Below, piece after piece: positions 37,556 to 46,906 of a stretch of DNA of 64,000 bases (the stretch's first letter is position 1; each line of letters begins with the position of its first letter). The stretch spans positions 8,579 to 72,578 of the forward strand of contig DAOOIT010000002.1 in NCBI GenBank assembly GCA_035384565.1. Direction: 5' to 3'. The position numbers and the translations under genes are program-made. A model generated the notes under the pieces. That model was given only the letters and a program-made list of their open reading frames with translations, did no database searches and was not told the origin of the DNA. The stretch is from Planctomycetota bacterium (GTDB lineage: Bacteria; Planctomycetota; PUPC01; DSUN01).

Positions 37556-38920
37556 ATGGGAGGCCAAGTCTCGCGTCGCGAGTTCGTGCGCCGGGCCGCT
37601 CTCGGCGCCGGCGCGCTGCTGCTGGCCAACAGCCGCTCCGCGCGGACCTATGCGGCCAATGGCAAGCTGAACATCGCCCTCATCGGCGTGGGCGGGCGCG
37701 GCAAGTGGTACGTGGACGTGGTTCCCAAGATGGAGAACGTGGTGGCGCTGTGCGACGTGAACGAGAGCAAGGCCGAGGCGGCCTGCAAGCTCTTTCCCGA
37801 TCTGCCGAAGTTCCACGACTTCCGCGTCATGCTGGACAAGATGGGCAAGGAGATGGATGCCGTCTTCGTCGCCACGCCTGACTTCACGCACGCCGCCGCC
37901 GCCGTGGCCGCGATGCAAGCCGGCAAACACGTCCTGTGCGAGAAGCCGCTGACGCGGACAGTGTATGAAGCTCGCGTGATGCGCGACATAGCCCAGAAGC
38001 ATAAGGTCGCCAGCCAGATGGGGAACCAGGGCTCCGCCAGCAACTCCTTCCGCCGCGGCGTCGAGCTGGTGGAGGAGGGCGCCCTTGGCGAGGTGACGGA
38101 GTGGTACGGCTTCAATGCCGATGGCGGCCCCAACATCAAGGAGCCGCCCAAGGAGGCCGCGCCATGCCCCGAGTACCTGAAGTGGGACCTTTGGCTCGGG
38201 CCGGCCCAGTACCGCGAGTTCCATCCGCGGTGGCTCGGCTGGACCGTCTGGCGCGACTTCAGCAACTACCAGCTCGGCAACTGGGGCTCCCACGTCTGCT
38301 TCCTCGGCTGGAACGCCCTCAAGCTCGGCTCGGTGTGGGCGATGCCGCCGGAGAGCAGACCACGCATTCGCGTCCAGGCCGAAGTCTCCGAGATCAACAA
38401 GCTCTCCTTCCCGCGCTGGCAGGTTATCCGCTGGAAGGTGCCCGCCCGCGAGGGCTTCCCGCCCCTCACCTTCACCTGGGTCAATGGCCAGGGCGGCGCT
38501 GCACAACAGGCCTGGGACAAGATCGTGGACTACCGCGGGAAGAAGTTCAAAGCCTGGGCCTGTGGCGGGCTCATCGTCGGCACCAAGGGCAGAATGGAGA
38601 ACAACGCCGGCGAATGCTGGTTCGTGCCGGTCCCGGGAGAGCAGGAGAAGGGCGAGGTCATCTCCGGCCCCAAGAAGTTGCCCCCTTCGCGCGGCCACGA
38701 GGGCGACTTCTTCCAGGCCTGCCGCGGCGGCATCCCGGCCTGGGGCAACTTCGGCAACACCGGCCCCTACTGGGAGTTCATGGCCCTCGGCAGCATCGCT
38801 ACCCAGTTCCCCGATGAGCTGGAGTACGACCCGCTGGAGTGCAAGATTGTGAACAACGCCGAGGCGGACGCGCTCTTGAACCCGCCCCGCCGGGAAGGCT
38901 GGGAGTTGCCCACCCGTTGA
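37556..38920 (+). CDS. Gfo/Idh/MocA-family oxidoreductase with twin-arginine signal (ThuB/glycoside 3-dehydrogenase-like), paralog 1
   Basis: SRREFVRRAALGAGALLLA (twin-arginine motif), LNIALIGVGGRGKWYV (Rossmann), ...EKPLTRTVYEARVM...; 455 aa. Confidence 0.8.
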   Translation: MGGQVSRREFVRRAALGAGALLLANSRSARTYAANGKLNIALIGVGGRGKWYVDVVPKMENVVALCDVNESKAEAACKLFPDLPKFHDFRVMLDKMGKEMDAVFVATPDFTHAAAAVAAMQAGKHVLCEKPLTRTVYEARVMRDIAQKHKVASQMGNQGSASNSFRRGVELVEEGALGEVTEWYGFNADGGPNIKEPPKEAAPCPEYLKWDLWLGPAQYREFHPRWLGWTVWRDFSNYQLGNWGSHVCFLGWNALKLGSVWAMPPESRPRIRVQAEVSEINKLSFPRWQVIRWKVPAREGFPPLTFTWVNGQGGAAQQAWDKIVDYRGKKFKAWACGGLIVGTKGRMENNAGECWFVPVPGEQEKGEVISGPKKLPPSRGHEGDFFQACRGGIPAWGNFGNTGPYWEFMALGSIATQFPDELEYDPLECKIVNNAEADALLNPPRREGWELPTR

Positions 38921-38970
38921 ACTGCCACGGGGGAGTTGGCGACCGCAACACCGAGAAGAGGAGATGAACT

Positions 38971-40353
38971 ATGGTGGCGCAGACTCGACGCGGTTTCCTC
39001 CGCCGCGCGGCCCTGGGTGGAGCGGGACTGGTCGACCTTGCCGGCAGCCGCTCTGCACGCACCTATGCGGCCAATGGCAAGCTGAACATCGCCCTCATCG
39101 GCTGCGGCGGGCGTGGGAAGTGGTTTGTGGACGTGATGCCGAAGATGGAGAACGTGGTGGCGCTGTGCGACGTGAACGAGAGCAAGGCCGAGGCCGCCTA
39201 CAAGCTCTTCCCCGATCTGCCGAAGTTCCACGACTTCCGCAAGATGCTCGACGAGATGAGCAAGCAGATTGACGCGGTGATCGTGTCCACGCCCGACCAC
39301 ACCCACGCCGTCGCCTGCGTGGCCGCGATGAAAGCGGGCAAGCACGCCTTCGTTGAGAAGCCGATGGCCGCCTGCCCCTACGAGGCCCGCACGATGCGCC
39401 TGACGGCCGAGAAGATGAAGGTCTCCTCCCAGATGGGCAACCAGGGCTCCGCCAGCGGGGCCTTTCGCCGCGGGGTCGAACTCGTCCAGGAAGGCGCGCT
39501 CGGCGAGGTCAAGGAGGCATTCGTCTGGAACTCCGGCGGCGGCCCCGACACCAAGGAAGCGCCCAAGGAAGAACTGCCGGTGCCGCCCTACCTGAAGTGG
39601 GACATCTGGCTCGGTCCGGCTCAAGACCGTCCCTTCCACCCCAAGTGGCTTGCCTGGAGCGGGTGGCGGGACTTCGGCACCGGGCAGCTCGGCATGTGGG
39701 GCTCGCACAGCGGCTACCTCGCCTTCTTCGCCCTCCAGGTGGTGGACCTCTGGCATGCCGACCCCGCCACCAAGCCCCGCATCAAAGTGCAGGCCGAGTT
39801 CTCGGGCATCAACAGGCTCTCCTATCCCAAGTGGGAGCTGGTGCATTTCGCCATTCCCGCGCGCGGCGGCATGCCACCGGCAACGATCCACTGGGTCAAC
39901 GGCGGCGGACTGGACTCGCCCTCCCGCAAGAAGATCGAGGGGCTTGTGGGCAGGCAGTTGGACTGGGGCGACGCGGGCGAGAAGAAATGGAAGGAGTTCG
40001 CCGGCTCTCTCCTTGTCGGCTCCAAGGGAATGATCCTCGGCGGCGGCCACAGCGCCACGACCGAGCTTCTGCCCGCCGACCAGTTCAAGGATGCGCAGAA
40101 GGACGCCCCGAAGAAGCTCCTCGGCTCGCAGGGGCCGGAGCGCGACTGGGTGCGGGCCGCCAAGGGCGAGAGCGTAACGCCCATGTCCAGCTTCAGCCTT
40201 GCCGGCCCCTACATGGAGATGATGCTCCTCGCCAACGTCGCCACCCTATGCGAAGGGGAGCTTGAGTACGACCCCTTGGAGGGCAAGATCACCAACAACG
40301 CGGAGGCCGATGCCCTCTTGCGCCGCCCCTACCGCGACGGCTGGTCGCTGTGA
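38971..40353 (+). CDS. Gfo/Idh/MocA-family oxidoreductase with twin-arginine signal, paralog 2
   Basis: TRRGFLRRAALGGAGL (twin-arginine motif); about 70% identical to paralog 1 over the N-terminal 150 aa (LNIALIGCGGRGKWFVDVMPKMENVVALCDVNESKAEAA.KLFPDLPKFHDFR). Confidence 0.8.
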   Translation: MVAQTRRGFLRRAALGGAGLVDLAGSRSARTYAANGKLNIALIGCGGRGKWFVDVMPKMENVVALCDVNESKAEAAYKLFPDLPKFHDFRKMLDEMSKQIDAVIVSTPDHTHAVACVAAMKAGKHAFVEKPMAACPYEARTMRLTAEKMKVSSQMGNQGSASGAFRRGVELVQEGALGEVKEAFVWNSGGGPDTKEAPKEELPVPPYLKWDIWLGPAQDRPFHPKWLAWSGWRDFGTGQLGMWGSHSGYLAFFALQVVDLWHADPATKPRIKVQAEFSGINRLSYPKWELVHFAIPARGGMPPATIHWVNGGGLDSPSRKKIEGLVGRQLDWGDAGEKKWKEFAGSLLVGSKGMILGGGHSATTELLPADQFKDAQKDAPKKLLGSQGPERDWVRAAKGESVTPMSSFSLAGPYMEMMLLANVATLCEGELEYDPLEGKITNNAEADALLRRPYRDGWSL

Positions 40354-40378
40354 GCGCGGGGCAGCGCCTGCCCCGCGC
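40354..40378 (+). terminator. GC-rich hairpin immediately after the stop codon (candidate intrinsic terminator, no U-tract)
   Basis: gcgcggggcag-cgc-ctgccccgcgc is a perfect 11-bp stem starting 1 nt after the TGA at 40351-40353. Confidence 0.4.
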
Positions 40379-40591
40379 GGTCCTGAACCTGCGGAGTTCA
40401 TTCCCCCAGCGGCAGCCAGGGCACGTCGAGGTATCTCTCCAGCGATTGCGCGGGTTCGTCGAGCACCCATGCCCAGGCCTGCGTGGCGCCCACGGCCACC
40501 TGGGGGATGACTGACAGCCCCACACACGAGAGAAGGACGCGGGAGCGTCCCGGACCGCGCGTCCCCACACGGGAGCGCGGGGACGATTGCG

Positions 40592-40834
40592 CTACTTGGA
40601 ATGGATGAGAAGTCTTGAGAAGGCGTTCATTTCGGAGCCGAGGCCGAAGAAGCAGGCGCTCTGGTCGGTATTGCGGTTGGCGTCTACGAACTTGATCTTT
40701 CGGGCGATGGCGCGAATGAACTTGGCGAGCGCGACGCGCGAACGGGCGTATTGCGCGAAGGTTTCGTCGCGGAGCGAGATCGTGAAGTTGCGCGTCCAGC
40801 CCTTCCCGTCCAGGCGCTTCTCCAGCGCGGGCAT
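40592..40834 (-). pseudogene. Small ORF or gene fragment in a locally lower-GC stretch; the protein-like frame extends upstream without a start codon
   Basis: 80-aa ORF MPALEKRLDGKGWTRNFTISLRDETFAQYARSRVALAKFIRAIARKIKFVDANRNTDQSACFFGLGSEMNAFSRLLIHSK. The same frame stays open upstream (...QGNLALRSPAIQHWDPTGREKAGRLDSTDVDAPGYGRFLKAL-M...) to about 40995 with no ATG/GTG, and it is the +1 frame relative to the upstream 733-aa gene. Confidence 0.25.
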
Positions 40835-41081
40835 GAGGGCTTTCAGGAAGCGGCCGTAGCCTGGGGCGTCAACATCCGTGGAGTCGAGCCTGCCCGCTTT
40901 CTCGCGGCCAGTGGGGTCCCAGTGCTGGATGGCGGGCGAGCGGAGCGCGAGGTTGCCCTGGGCATCCAGGGCGTGCTCAGACGCGCAATCCCGCTGCCTG
41001 TGATGCTCCCGCCAGCCAGCACAGGACTCCCGCCCACAGAATGCGAGAAGTTCGGCCTGCCATCTGAGGTCACTCCTCCCT

Positions 41082-43283
41082 TCAGTGCCGCTGGGAAAGG
41101 GGCGCCCATCGGCTCTGGCCGGCAGCGACGAGGATGGCTCGAAGGTTCTGAAGGTAGAAGGGGTCCTGCGTCACCTCCGGCCACGGCAGGTTCTCGAGGA
41201 GCCACTCGGGCGTGCCGTCGAGGACGAATGCCTTGACCTGATAGTAGGGCGTGATCCCACCCCAGTTGTTCATCTGGTCCTGCGAGAACTGGTTGAAGGT
41301 CTCAGGCCAGAGCCAGGTGAAGAAGTCCCAAACGACGGCGACCTCGCCCTTCATGTGATCGCGCCAGAAGCGGTGCATCTCGTCGCGGGCGAGGGGGAAG
41401 ATGCCTGTCCAGGGGGCCAGGAAGAGCGTCGGGTCGCCCTCGGGGCCGGGCCCGTGGGTCGTTATCCACCAGTTCACCTTCGTGTCATAGATGATGTCGG
41501 TCTTGCGGGCGAGGTGGTCGGGCAGGACGCCGGTGAGGTGTCGGAAGCGGTTGGCGCCCGACGTGTGGTCGCGGCCCATGTAGCTGGCGATGTAGTCGGT
41601 GCCGAAGAAGTGGGCATACCAACCGACGAGGTGCTTGGCGACGAGGTAGGCGGCCTTGCCATACGCGGCTTCGTCGCCCAGGGCCTTCATCAGGCGGGCG
41701 TAGGCGATGAGGGCGTTCACCTGCGCAGTGTGGCAGAAGCCGGTCGTCGCCCAGCCTTCCACGGCAAAGCCGAGGAGCCAGTTGTGGCGGGTGAGCACGT
41801 GGTTAGCCATTGCATCCAGGAACGCCCGATTGGGCTTTACGGCGTCAAGGTCGCCCGTGTAGTGGGCGTAGGCCCAGACAGCGGAGAGCGCGATGCCGTT
41901 GTAGAGGTCCTCGGATTCCCAGACGCCGCTGATGCTGCGCTCGGACTTCGGGCGGAGGACGGCCACCTGTCCCGACGGTGTGCGGACGGTTTCCTTGAGG
42001 AAGTTGGCTTCGGCGAGGACCTCGCCCAGCATCGCCTTGGCACGTGCCTTGGCCTCTTGCCGGAGCTCGGGCTTGAGCAACGGCAGCGATTGGCAAAGGG
42101 AGAAGAGCTGCTCGTTCCTGGCCCCGAAGCGGAAGAACTGGTAGTTGGAGGAGCTTGAGAGCCAGCGGAAGGGCTTGTCGCTCTTGAGGATCTTCTCCAC
42201 CTGGGCGTTCAGCTTCGCAAGGGCCTCTTTGCTTATCGGGTCGTCGCCTGGCGTGATCTCAAGCACTTCGTCAACGTATCTGCGGCCGCCGGGGAAGCGG
42301 AGGGTGTGGCTGTCGCCTTCGCAGGCCAGGAGCGGGCCGTTGACCGTCGGATACGACAGGTCGGTTGGAGCGGGCGCGACTTCTATGGGCAGCGGCCCTT
42401 TGCCTGCGAAGGCCAGGGCAATGCCGAGCGCGGGGGGCAGAGGGGCGAGCTTCTCCCCCTTCGTGCCCCAGTCGTCTTTGATCTCTTCGCAGTCAAAGCC
42501 CTGGCGGACGCTCACCGAGCCATCGGCTCCCAGGCGGTATTCCTCCTTGCACGCAACGGGGAAGAAGCGGCTCATTCGGACGAGGCGTCGGCATCGCTCC
42601 CTCACCTCGGCCGGCAGTTCCTCCTTCCATGCGCCTGTCTCGGAGCCCCTGAGCTTCCTGGCCCCGAAGAGCGGCATCACCTGCATGACGCCGGCCGGCT
42701 TCTCGCCGAAGTCCAGCACCACCGCGCCATGGTGCCCGACGCCCTTGAGCCTCGTTTGCAGGGTGATGAGCATCGGGGCGTCCACCCCGACGACCGCCGG
42801 CGTGCCGTGGACGGCGGGAATCTGGCCGTCGCTGAACCCCTTCGCTTTGTGGAAGGAGACCAGTGCGAACGGCTCGGAGAGGGGTGCCCTGGTCTGCGTA
42901 GGGGCAGCGCCGGCGAAAAGGGCTATCTTGCGTGCATCGGTCCGAATGAGTACCGCTGGCGAAAGGTTGCTCACCCATAGCTCGAGCGCGCCGGCCGCGC
43001 TCTCGAAGCGGCACCTGGCCGCGCACCAGTCGGCGGAGACCAGTGTGGCCTTCACTGGGCCGTCGCCGGGCAGTCGGACCTCGCCAAAGCCGAGCTCGGT
43101 TCCCCGCAGGGCGAGCTCGGGCCAGGCGTTGGGCTTCAGCTTCACCGTGAGGGCCATGCCAAGCACCTCGCGGCCGGGCTGCCAGAAGGTGCCCATCGCC
43201 GCCTGGTCAACGCCGCGCGACCACTCGGCGCCGGCCGCGAGCGCGGTCAAGACTGAACAGATGGAGAAGACGATTGGCCTCAT
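41082..43283 (-). CDS. Large secreted hypothetical protein (733 aa) of unknown function
   Basis: Signal peptide MRPIVFSICSVLTALAAGAEW; start assigned by the ATGA overlap with the upstream PQQ gene (43280-43283); the 1018-aa track ORF N-extension is Arg-rich junk. No recognisable catalytic motif. Confidence 0.6.
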   Translation of the reverse strand: MRPIVFSICSVLTALAAGAEWSRGVDQAAMGTFWQPGREVLGMALTVKLKPNAWPELALRGTELGFGEVRLPGDGPVKATLVSADWCAARCRFESAAGALELWVSNLSPAVLIRTDARKIALFAGAAPTQTRAPLSEPFALVSFHKAKGFSDGQIPAVHGTPAVVGVDAPMLITLQTRLKGVGHHGAVVLDFGEKPAGVMQVMPLFGARKLRGSETGAWKEELPAEVRERCRRLVRMSRFFPVACKEEYRLGADGSVSVRQGFDCEEIKDDWGTKGEKLAPLPPALGIALAFAGKGPLPIEVAPAPTDLSYPTVNGPLLACEGDSHTLRFPGGRRYVDEVLEITPGDDPISKEALAKLNAQVEKILKSDKPFRWLSSSSNYQFFRFGARNEQLFSLCQSLPLLKPELRQEAKARAKAMLGEVLAEANFLKETVRTPSGQVAVLRPKSERSISGVWESEDLYNGIALSAVWAYAHYTGDLDAVKPNRAFLDAMANHVLTRHNWLLGFAVEGWATTGFCHTAQVNALIAYARLMKALGDEAAYGKAAYLVAKHLVGWYAHFFGTDYIASYMGRDHTSGANRFRHLTGVLPDHLARKTDIIYDTKVNWWITTHGPGPEGDPTLFLAPWTGIFPLARDEMHRFWRDHMKGEVAVVWDFFTWLWPETFNQFSQDQMNNWGGITPYYQVKAFVLDGTPEWLLENLPWPEVTQDPFYLQNLRAILVAAGQSRWAPLSQRH

Positions 43284-44635
43284 CGCTTGGCCTCCCTTGG
43301 CTTGAAGGCTCGCAGGTTGTCGCCGCCGTGGGACATTGCCGGGATGGCCCTGATGATGCCGTTGGCGAAGACCTTCCCCTCGGCGACGACGGGCGAGTAG
43401 ACGTGGAAGCCCTTGGCGCCGCCCGTGAGCTTGCCGGCGTCGGGGCATTCGCCCCAGGGCCAGGGATGGCGCCTGCTGAGCTCCAGAATCGTGCCGTCGC
43501 GGCGGCCGATGAACGACGTGCCGAAGATGAAGTCCTGCGTCAAGGCCACGTTGTTCTTGATCAGGTGCCCGCCCGTCCAGGCGCGGGTGAACTCCTCGTC
43601 CCAGAGGAGCTTCCCGGTCTTGAGGTCGAAGGCGAGGACGGGGGCGTTGTGTTCGTGATTGTAGATCGTGCAATGGGCGTAGACCACGCCATCGGCGATG
43701 GAGGGGGCGAGGCCCTGGAACTGGGCGATGGAGTAGAGCTTGCGGAACCAACTGCGGTTCCCGCCCCACTCCATCTCCTGCGGCGGCTTGGCCTCGCGGG
43801 GCCAGCTCCACAGTTCCTCGCCCGTCTTCGCATCCAGGGCGTAGAAAGTGATGCCCTTGCCCTGCTCGACGAGGGCCTTGGCGAGGTTCTCGTGGATGAA
43901 CCACTCGTAGCCGGTGCCGTCGTCCCAGACCCGCCCGAGTAGCGTGCCGATGCAGACCACGCCGTCGGCGACCGAGGGCGACGAATAGGCGATCTTCCCT
44001 TGAGTCTTGTGGCTCCATAGCTGCTTGCCGGTGGCCTTGTCGAAGGCGAAGAGCATGCCTTCGCGTGCCGCGGCGTAGACGATGCCGCCGGCGACGGCGG
44101 GGCTGGACCACACCTGGCTGCCGCAGTCGGCCTTCCACTTCTCCTCGCCAGTCTTAAGGTCCAAAGCATAGAGGTTGAAGTCGTTTGAGCCGATGAAGAC
44201 CACGCCGTCCACGATGGCGGGCGCCGACCATATCTTGTCGCCCGTCTCCTTGCGCCAGACGAGCTTGCCCGATTGCGCGTCAAGGGCGTAGACCGTCTTG
44301 TCGTCGCTGCCGAAAACGACGATGTTGGAGTTCACGGCGGCGGCGAAGCCGATCTTGCCTTTCGCATCAAAGTGCCAGAGCTCATCGCCTGTGTCGGCAT
44401 TCAGGCAGAAGAGGCGGCCGCCCCACGTGCCGATGTAGACCCTGCCGCCGGCCACGACGGGCTGCGCGGTTGAGCGGCCGATCTCCTTGTCCCACGCGAT
44501 CACCAGATCGGGGCTGATCGGCTCGTTGGAGAAGCTCGTGTGCGCGGGGTCGTGGGCGTAGCACGGCCATTCGTCCGCCAACGCGGCCCCGAGGCCGAAG
44601 GCGCCGGCGATCACGGCCAGAAGAGCGGTTCTCAC
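43280..44635 (-). CDS. Secreted PQQ-like beta-propeller repeat protein
   Basis: Signal peptide MRTALLAVIAGAFGLGAALA; repeated ...G.VY.G..DG.LYALDA.TG..LW... blades (VYIGTWGGRLFCLNADTGDELW, VFGSDDKTVYALDAQSGKLVW, VFIGSNDFNLYALDLKTGEEKW). Confidence 0.75.
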   Translation of the reverse strand: MRTALLAVIAGAFGLGAALADEWPCYAHDPAHTSFSNEPISPDLVIAWDKEIGRSTAQPVVAGGRVYIGTWGGRLFCLNADTGDELWHFDAKGKIGFAAAVNSNIVVFGSDDKTVYALDAQSGKLVWRKETGDKIWSAPAIVDGVVFIGSNDFNLYALDLKTGEEKWKADCGSQVWSSPAVAGGIVYAAAREGMLFAFDKATGKQLWSHKTQGKIAYSSPSVADGVVCIGTLLGRVWDDGTGYEWFIHENLAKALVEQGKGITFYALDAKTGEELWSWPREAKPPQEMEWGGNRSWFRKLYSIAQFQGLAPSIADGVVYAHCTIYNHEHNAPVLAFDLKTGKLLWDEEFTRAWTGGHLIKNNVALTQDFIFGTSFIGRRDGTILELSRRHPWPWGECPDAGKLTGGAKGFHVYSPVVAEGKVFANGIIRAIPAMSHGGDNLRAFKPREAKR

Positions 44636-44637
44636 GG

Positions 44638-46395
44638 TTACTCCCCCAGTCTGGCGGCTGCCTCAAGGAGCTTGCGGCGGGCCTGGTTGAACTCGGCGGG
44701 GTCGAGGGTGTAGTCGGTGAGGCTGCGGACGACGCTGCGGCAGATGGCATCGGCCTCCTGCGGCCTCTTCGCGGCCAGGAGGCGGAGGAGCTCGTAGTCC
44801 TCAATCCCGTCGCGCATCGCCTCGTAGCGGAGGCTATCGAGCGAGTGGAGCTTGTCCTCGGAGGACGGTGCGCCGCGGAGCTTGGCCACGCCGGGATAGA
44901 CGAGCGTCGCGTCGCCCGGCGGGTCGCCGGGGTTCTGAAACGGGTTTCCCCACGAGGGGTTGAAGCCCCAGTGGAGGTAGCCGGTGGTGCCCGTGGCGAA
45001 GTTGGCCCAGTGGAGGAGCCGCGTCTTGATGAGCGGGTAGTCAATCAGGCGGTTCATGTACTTGCCGCGCGGGCGCTCGCAGGTATAGAACCACACCTCG
45101 TCGCCGGCGGCCTGGCGCTCCTGGAAGAACTTCATCTGGCGGTCGAGCTGGTCAAGGAGCGGCGCCCAGATGTCAAGCGCCCCGACGATGTTGGTCGCGC
45201 GGATGGCTTCGGCGCGGCGGAGCTTCGGGGCGTACTTCTTGACGAGCTGCCCCAGCCGCACATAGGCCGCCGCGTTGCTCCCCACCGGCTCGTCGGCCTG
45301 GAGCTGGATGTAGCTCTCCACCCAGCCCTTCTCCTCAAGATGCTTCTGGAAGGCGGGGAGGAACGCAGCAAGATACTTCTCAAAGGCATCCGTCATCACG
45401 AACACCCGCTTCCTCGCCTCTTCCTTCGAGGCTGGGTCCTCGGGCGCGGGGAATTGGCCTTTGGTGCCATCGGGCTTTGTGAGCGGGAGAGGGATGGCAT
45501 AGAAGTCCTTGGACATCCATTCGTGGCGGCCTGCGAGCGCGGAGCCCATGACCCACGGCAGGCCCGCCTGGCGGAAGGTCTCGACCATACGGTCGAAGTT
45601 AGCGAAGTCAAACGCCACGGCGCCCTTCTCGTCCTGAACCGCGCGGACGGTCTCGTGAAGCGTCACGTGGCCGACGCTCTGGCGGTGGGCAGCCATGCTC
45701 GCGGCGTCGGCCTCGATCAGCTTCCAGTGCTTCTCCGACCACCACGGGGCCTGGTACATGTGGGTGAGGACGACGGGGTAGTACCAGTTGACCACCTTCA
45801 GGCTCATCTGGCGGGGGACGCGCGCGGCATAGACCCTGACACTGAGCGGCACCTTCTGTTCCACTCCGTCCGCCGCAATGGCCACGTGGCCCTCGTAGGT
45901 GCCCGGCGCCGCGTCGTCGGGGACCGCCACGGTGAGCCACACCGCGCCGGTTTGCCCGGCCTTGGCGGAAATGGAGCTGTCCTCGAGCAGCGGGTCGGGC
46001 AGGTCTACCGGCGCCTTCGCCACGAGGACCTGTTCGCCTGTTTCGGCGAGGTGTGGCTCCGTGTTCTTCTTGATGGGCACATAGCCGACGAAGCGGACCC
46101 GCGGCATTGCAAGCTCGGCGCCTGCCGCCGATTTCAGCACTGTCGCCGACGCGGCGAGCCTGGCCACATCGGCCGTTGTGCGGAAGGCGATCTGGCCATT
46201 CTCGACCTCGCTGCGGGCGGCCTCTATGATGACGCTTCTTGGTGGTGCTGCCGGCGGCTCATCCGTGCGAAGCACCTTCACCAGAGGGTCCACGGCCCAC
46301 ACCCGCAGCCCGATCTCGGCAGCGCGCGCGCCGCCCAAGCCGATCGCAAGGACGCACAGCTCTCCCACGGCGGCAGGCAGCCAAGACCCCTTCAT
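44638..46395 (-). CDS. Secreted hypothetical protein, possibly glycoside-hydrolase-like (DUF4091-type, tentative)
   Basis: Signal peptide MKGSWLPAAVGELCVLAIGLGGARA (start about 46395; the track ORF starts at 46488); C-terminal region ...DYPLIKTRLLHWANFATGTTGYLHWGFNPSW...DGIEDYELLRLL. The family call is from memory, not verified. Confidence 0.5.
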   Translation of the reverse strand: MKGSWLPAAVGELCVLAIGLGGARAAEIGLRVWAVDPLVKVLRTDEPPAAPPRSVIIEAARSEVENGQIAFRTTADVARLAASATVLKSAAGAELAMPRVRFVGYVPIKKNTEPHLAETGEQVLVAKAPVDLPDPLLEDSSISAKAGQTGAVWLTVAVPDDAAPGTYEGHVAIAADGVEQKVPLSVRVYAARVPRQMSLKVVNWYYPVVLTHMYQAPWWSEKHWKLIEADAASMAAHRQSVGHVTLHETVRAVQDEKGAVAFDFANFDRMVETFRQAGLPWVMGSALAGRHEWMSKDFYAIPLPLTKPDGTKGQFPAPEDPASKEEARKRVFVMTDAFEKYLAAFLPAFQKHLEEKGWVESYIQLQADEPVGSNAAAYVRLGQLVKKYAPKLRRAEAIRATNIVGALDIWAPLLDQLDRQMKFFQERQAAGDEVWFYTCERPRGKYMNRLIDYPLIKTRLLHWANFATGTTGYLHWGFNPSWGNPFQNPGDPPGDATLVYPGVAKLRGAPSSEDKLHSLDSLRYEAMRDGIEDYELLRLLAAKRPQEADAICRSVVRSLTDYTLDPAEFNQARRKLLEAAARLGE

Positions 46396-46504
46396 CCAGG
46401 CGCTCCTTTCAACACGAGAGCTCTCCCACAGCCGCAGTCTAGGCTGCCTGGCATCCGGAATCAAGCAGCCATAGCCACCTTCCGCCACCGCTCAGGGTGC
46501 AAGC

Positions 46505-46765
46505 CGGGTGTGGGCCGGAATTGTAGGCGGCTGCGGGAGTTCCGAAGGAGCGAAATAGGATAGCCCAGGGCAACGCCCTGGGAACAAGACCGCCCCGCGG
46601 CAGCCCTGACAGGGCGGAATCGAGAGCTTCTATCTCGCCCCTTCAGGGCTGGACTCGTGGATCCCGCTGAACCCAGGGCGTTGCCCTGGGCTATCCCATG
46701 CGAGCCCTTCAGGCTCCAGAGACAATCACCCTGCCTGCAATTCCGGCCCGCACCCGTGCAAGCCG
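46505..46765. repeat. Nested inverted-repeat element in the divergent intergenic region
   Basis: Inner arms ggatagcccagggcaacgccctggg (about 46557-46581) and cccagggcgttgccctgggctatcc (about 46669-46693) are perfect reverse complements about 90 bp apart, and each arm is itself a hairpin (cccagggc-aac-gccctggg). Outer arms ggtgcaagccgggtgtgggccggaattg (about 46505-46532) and caattccggcccgcacccgtgcaagcc (about 46737-46763) give 18 of 19 matches in the core. Confidence 0.5.
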
Positions 46766-46906
46766 CTTGACTCGCCTCGAGGCGGGGCATATCTTCTCCC
46801 TGGGGAGCATGCTGGGTGGACCGCTGCGTGACATGCTGGGGGCCCGTGATCCCGGAGATACGAGATGAAAGAGGCTGCGTGTACGCCCCGCGAAGCGGCG
46901 GCCAGC

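Noticed and set aside
37472-40050. Minus-strand ORFs 37472-38698 and 38767-40050 (about 410-430 aa each), antisense to the twin-arginine-signal Gfo/Idh/MocA paralogs
   Set aside because: Antisense shadows; the plus strand encodes Rossmann-fold oxidoreductases with twin-arginine signals.
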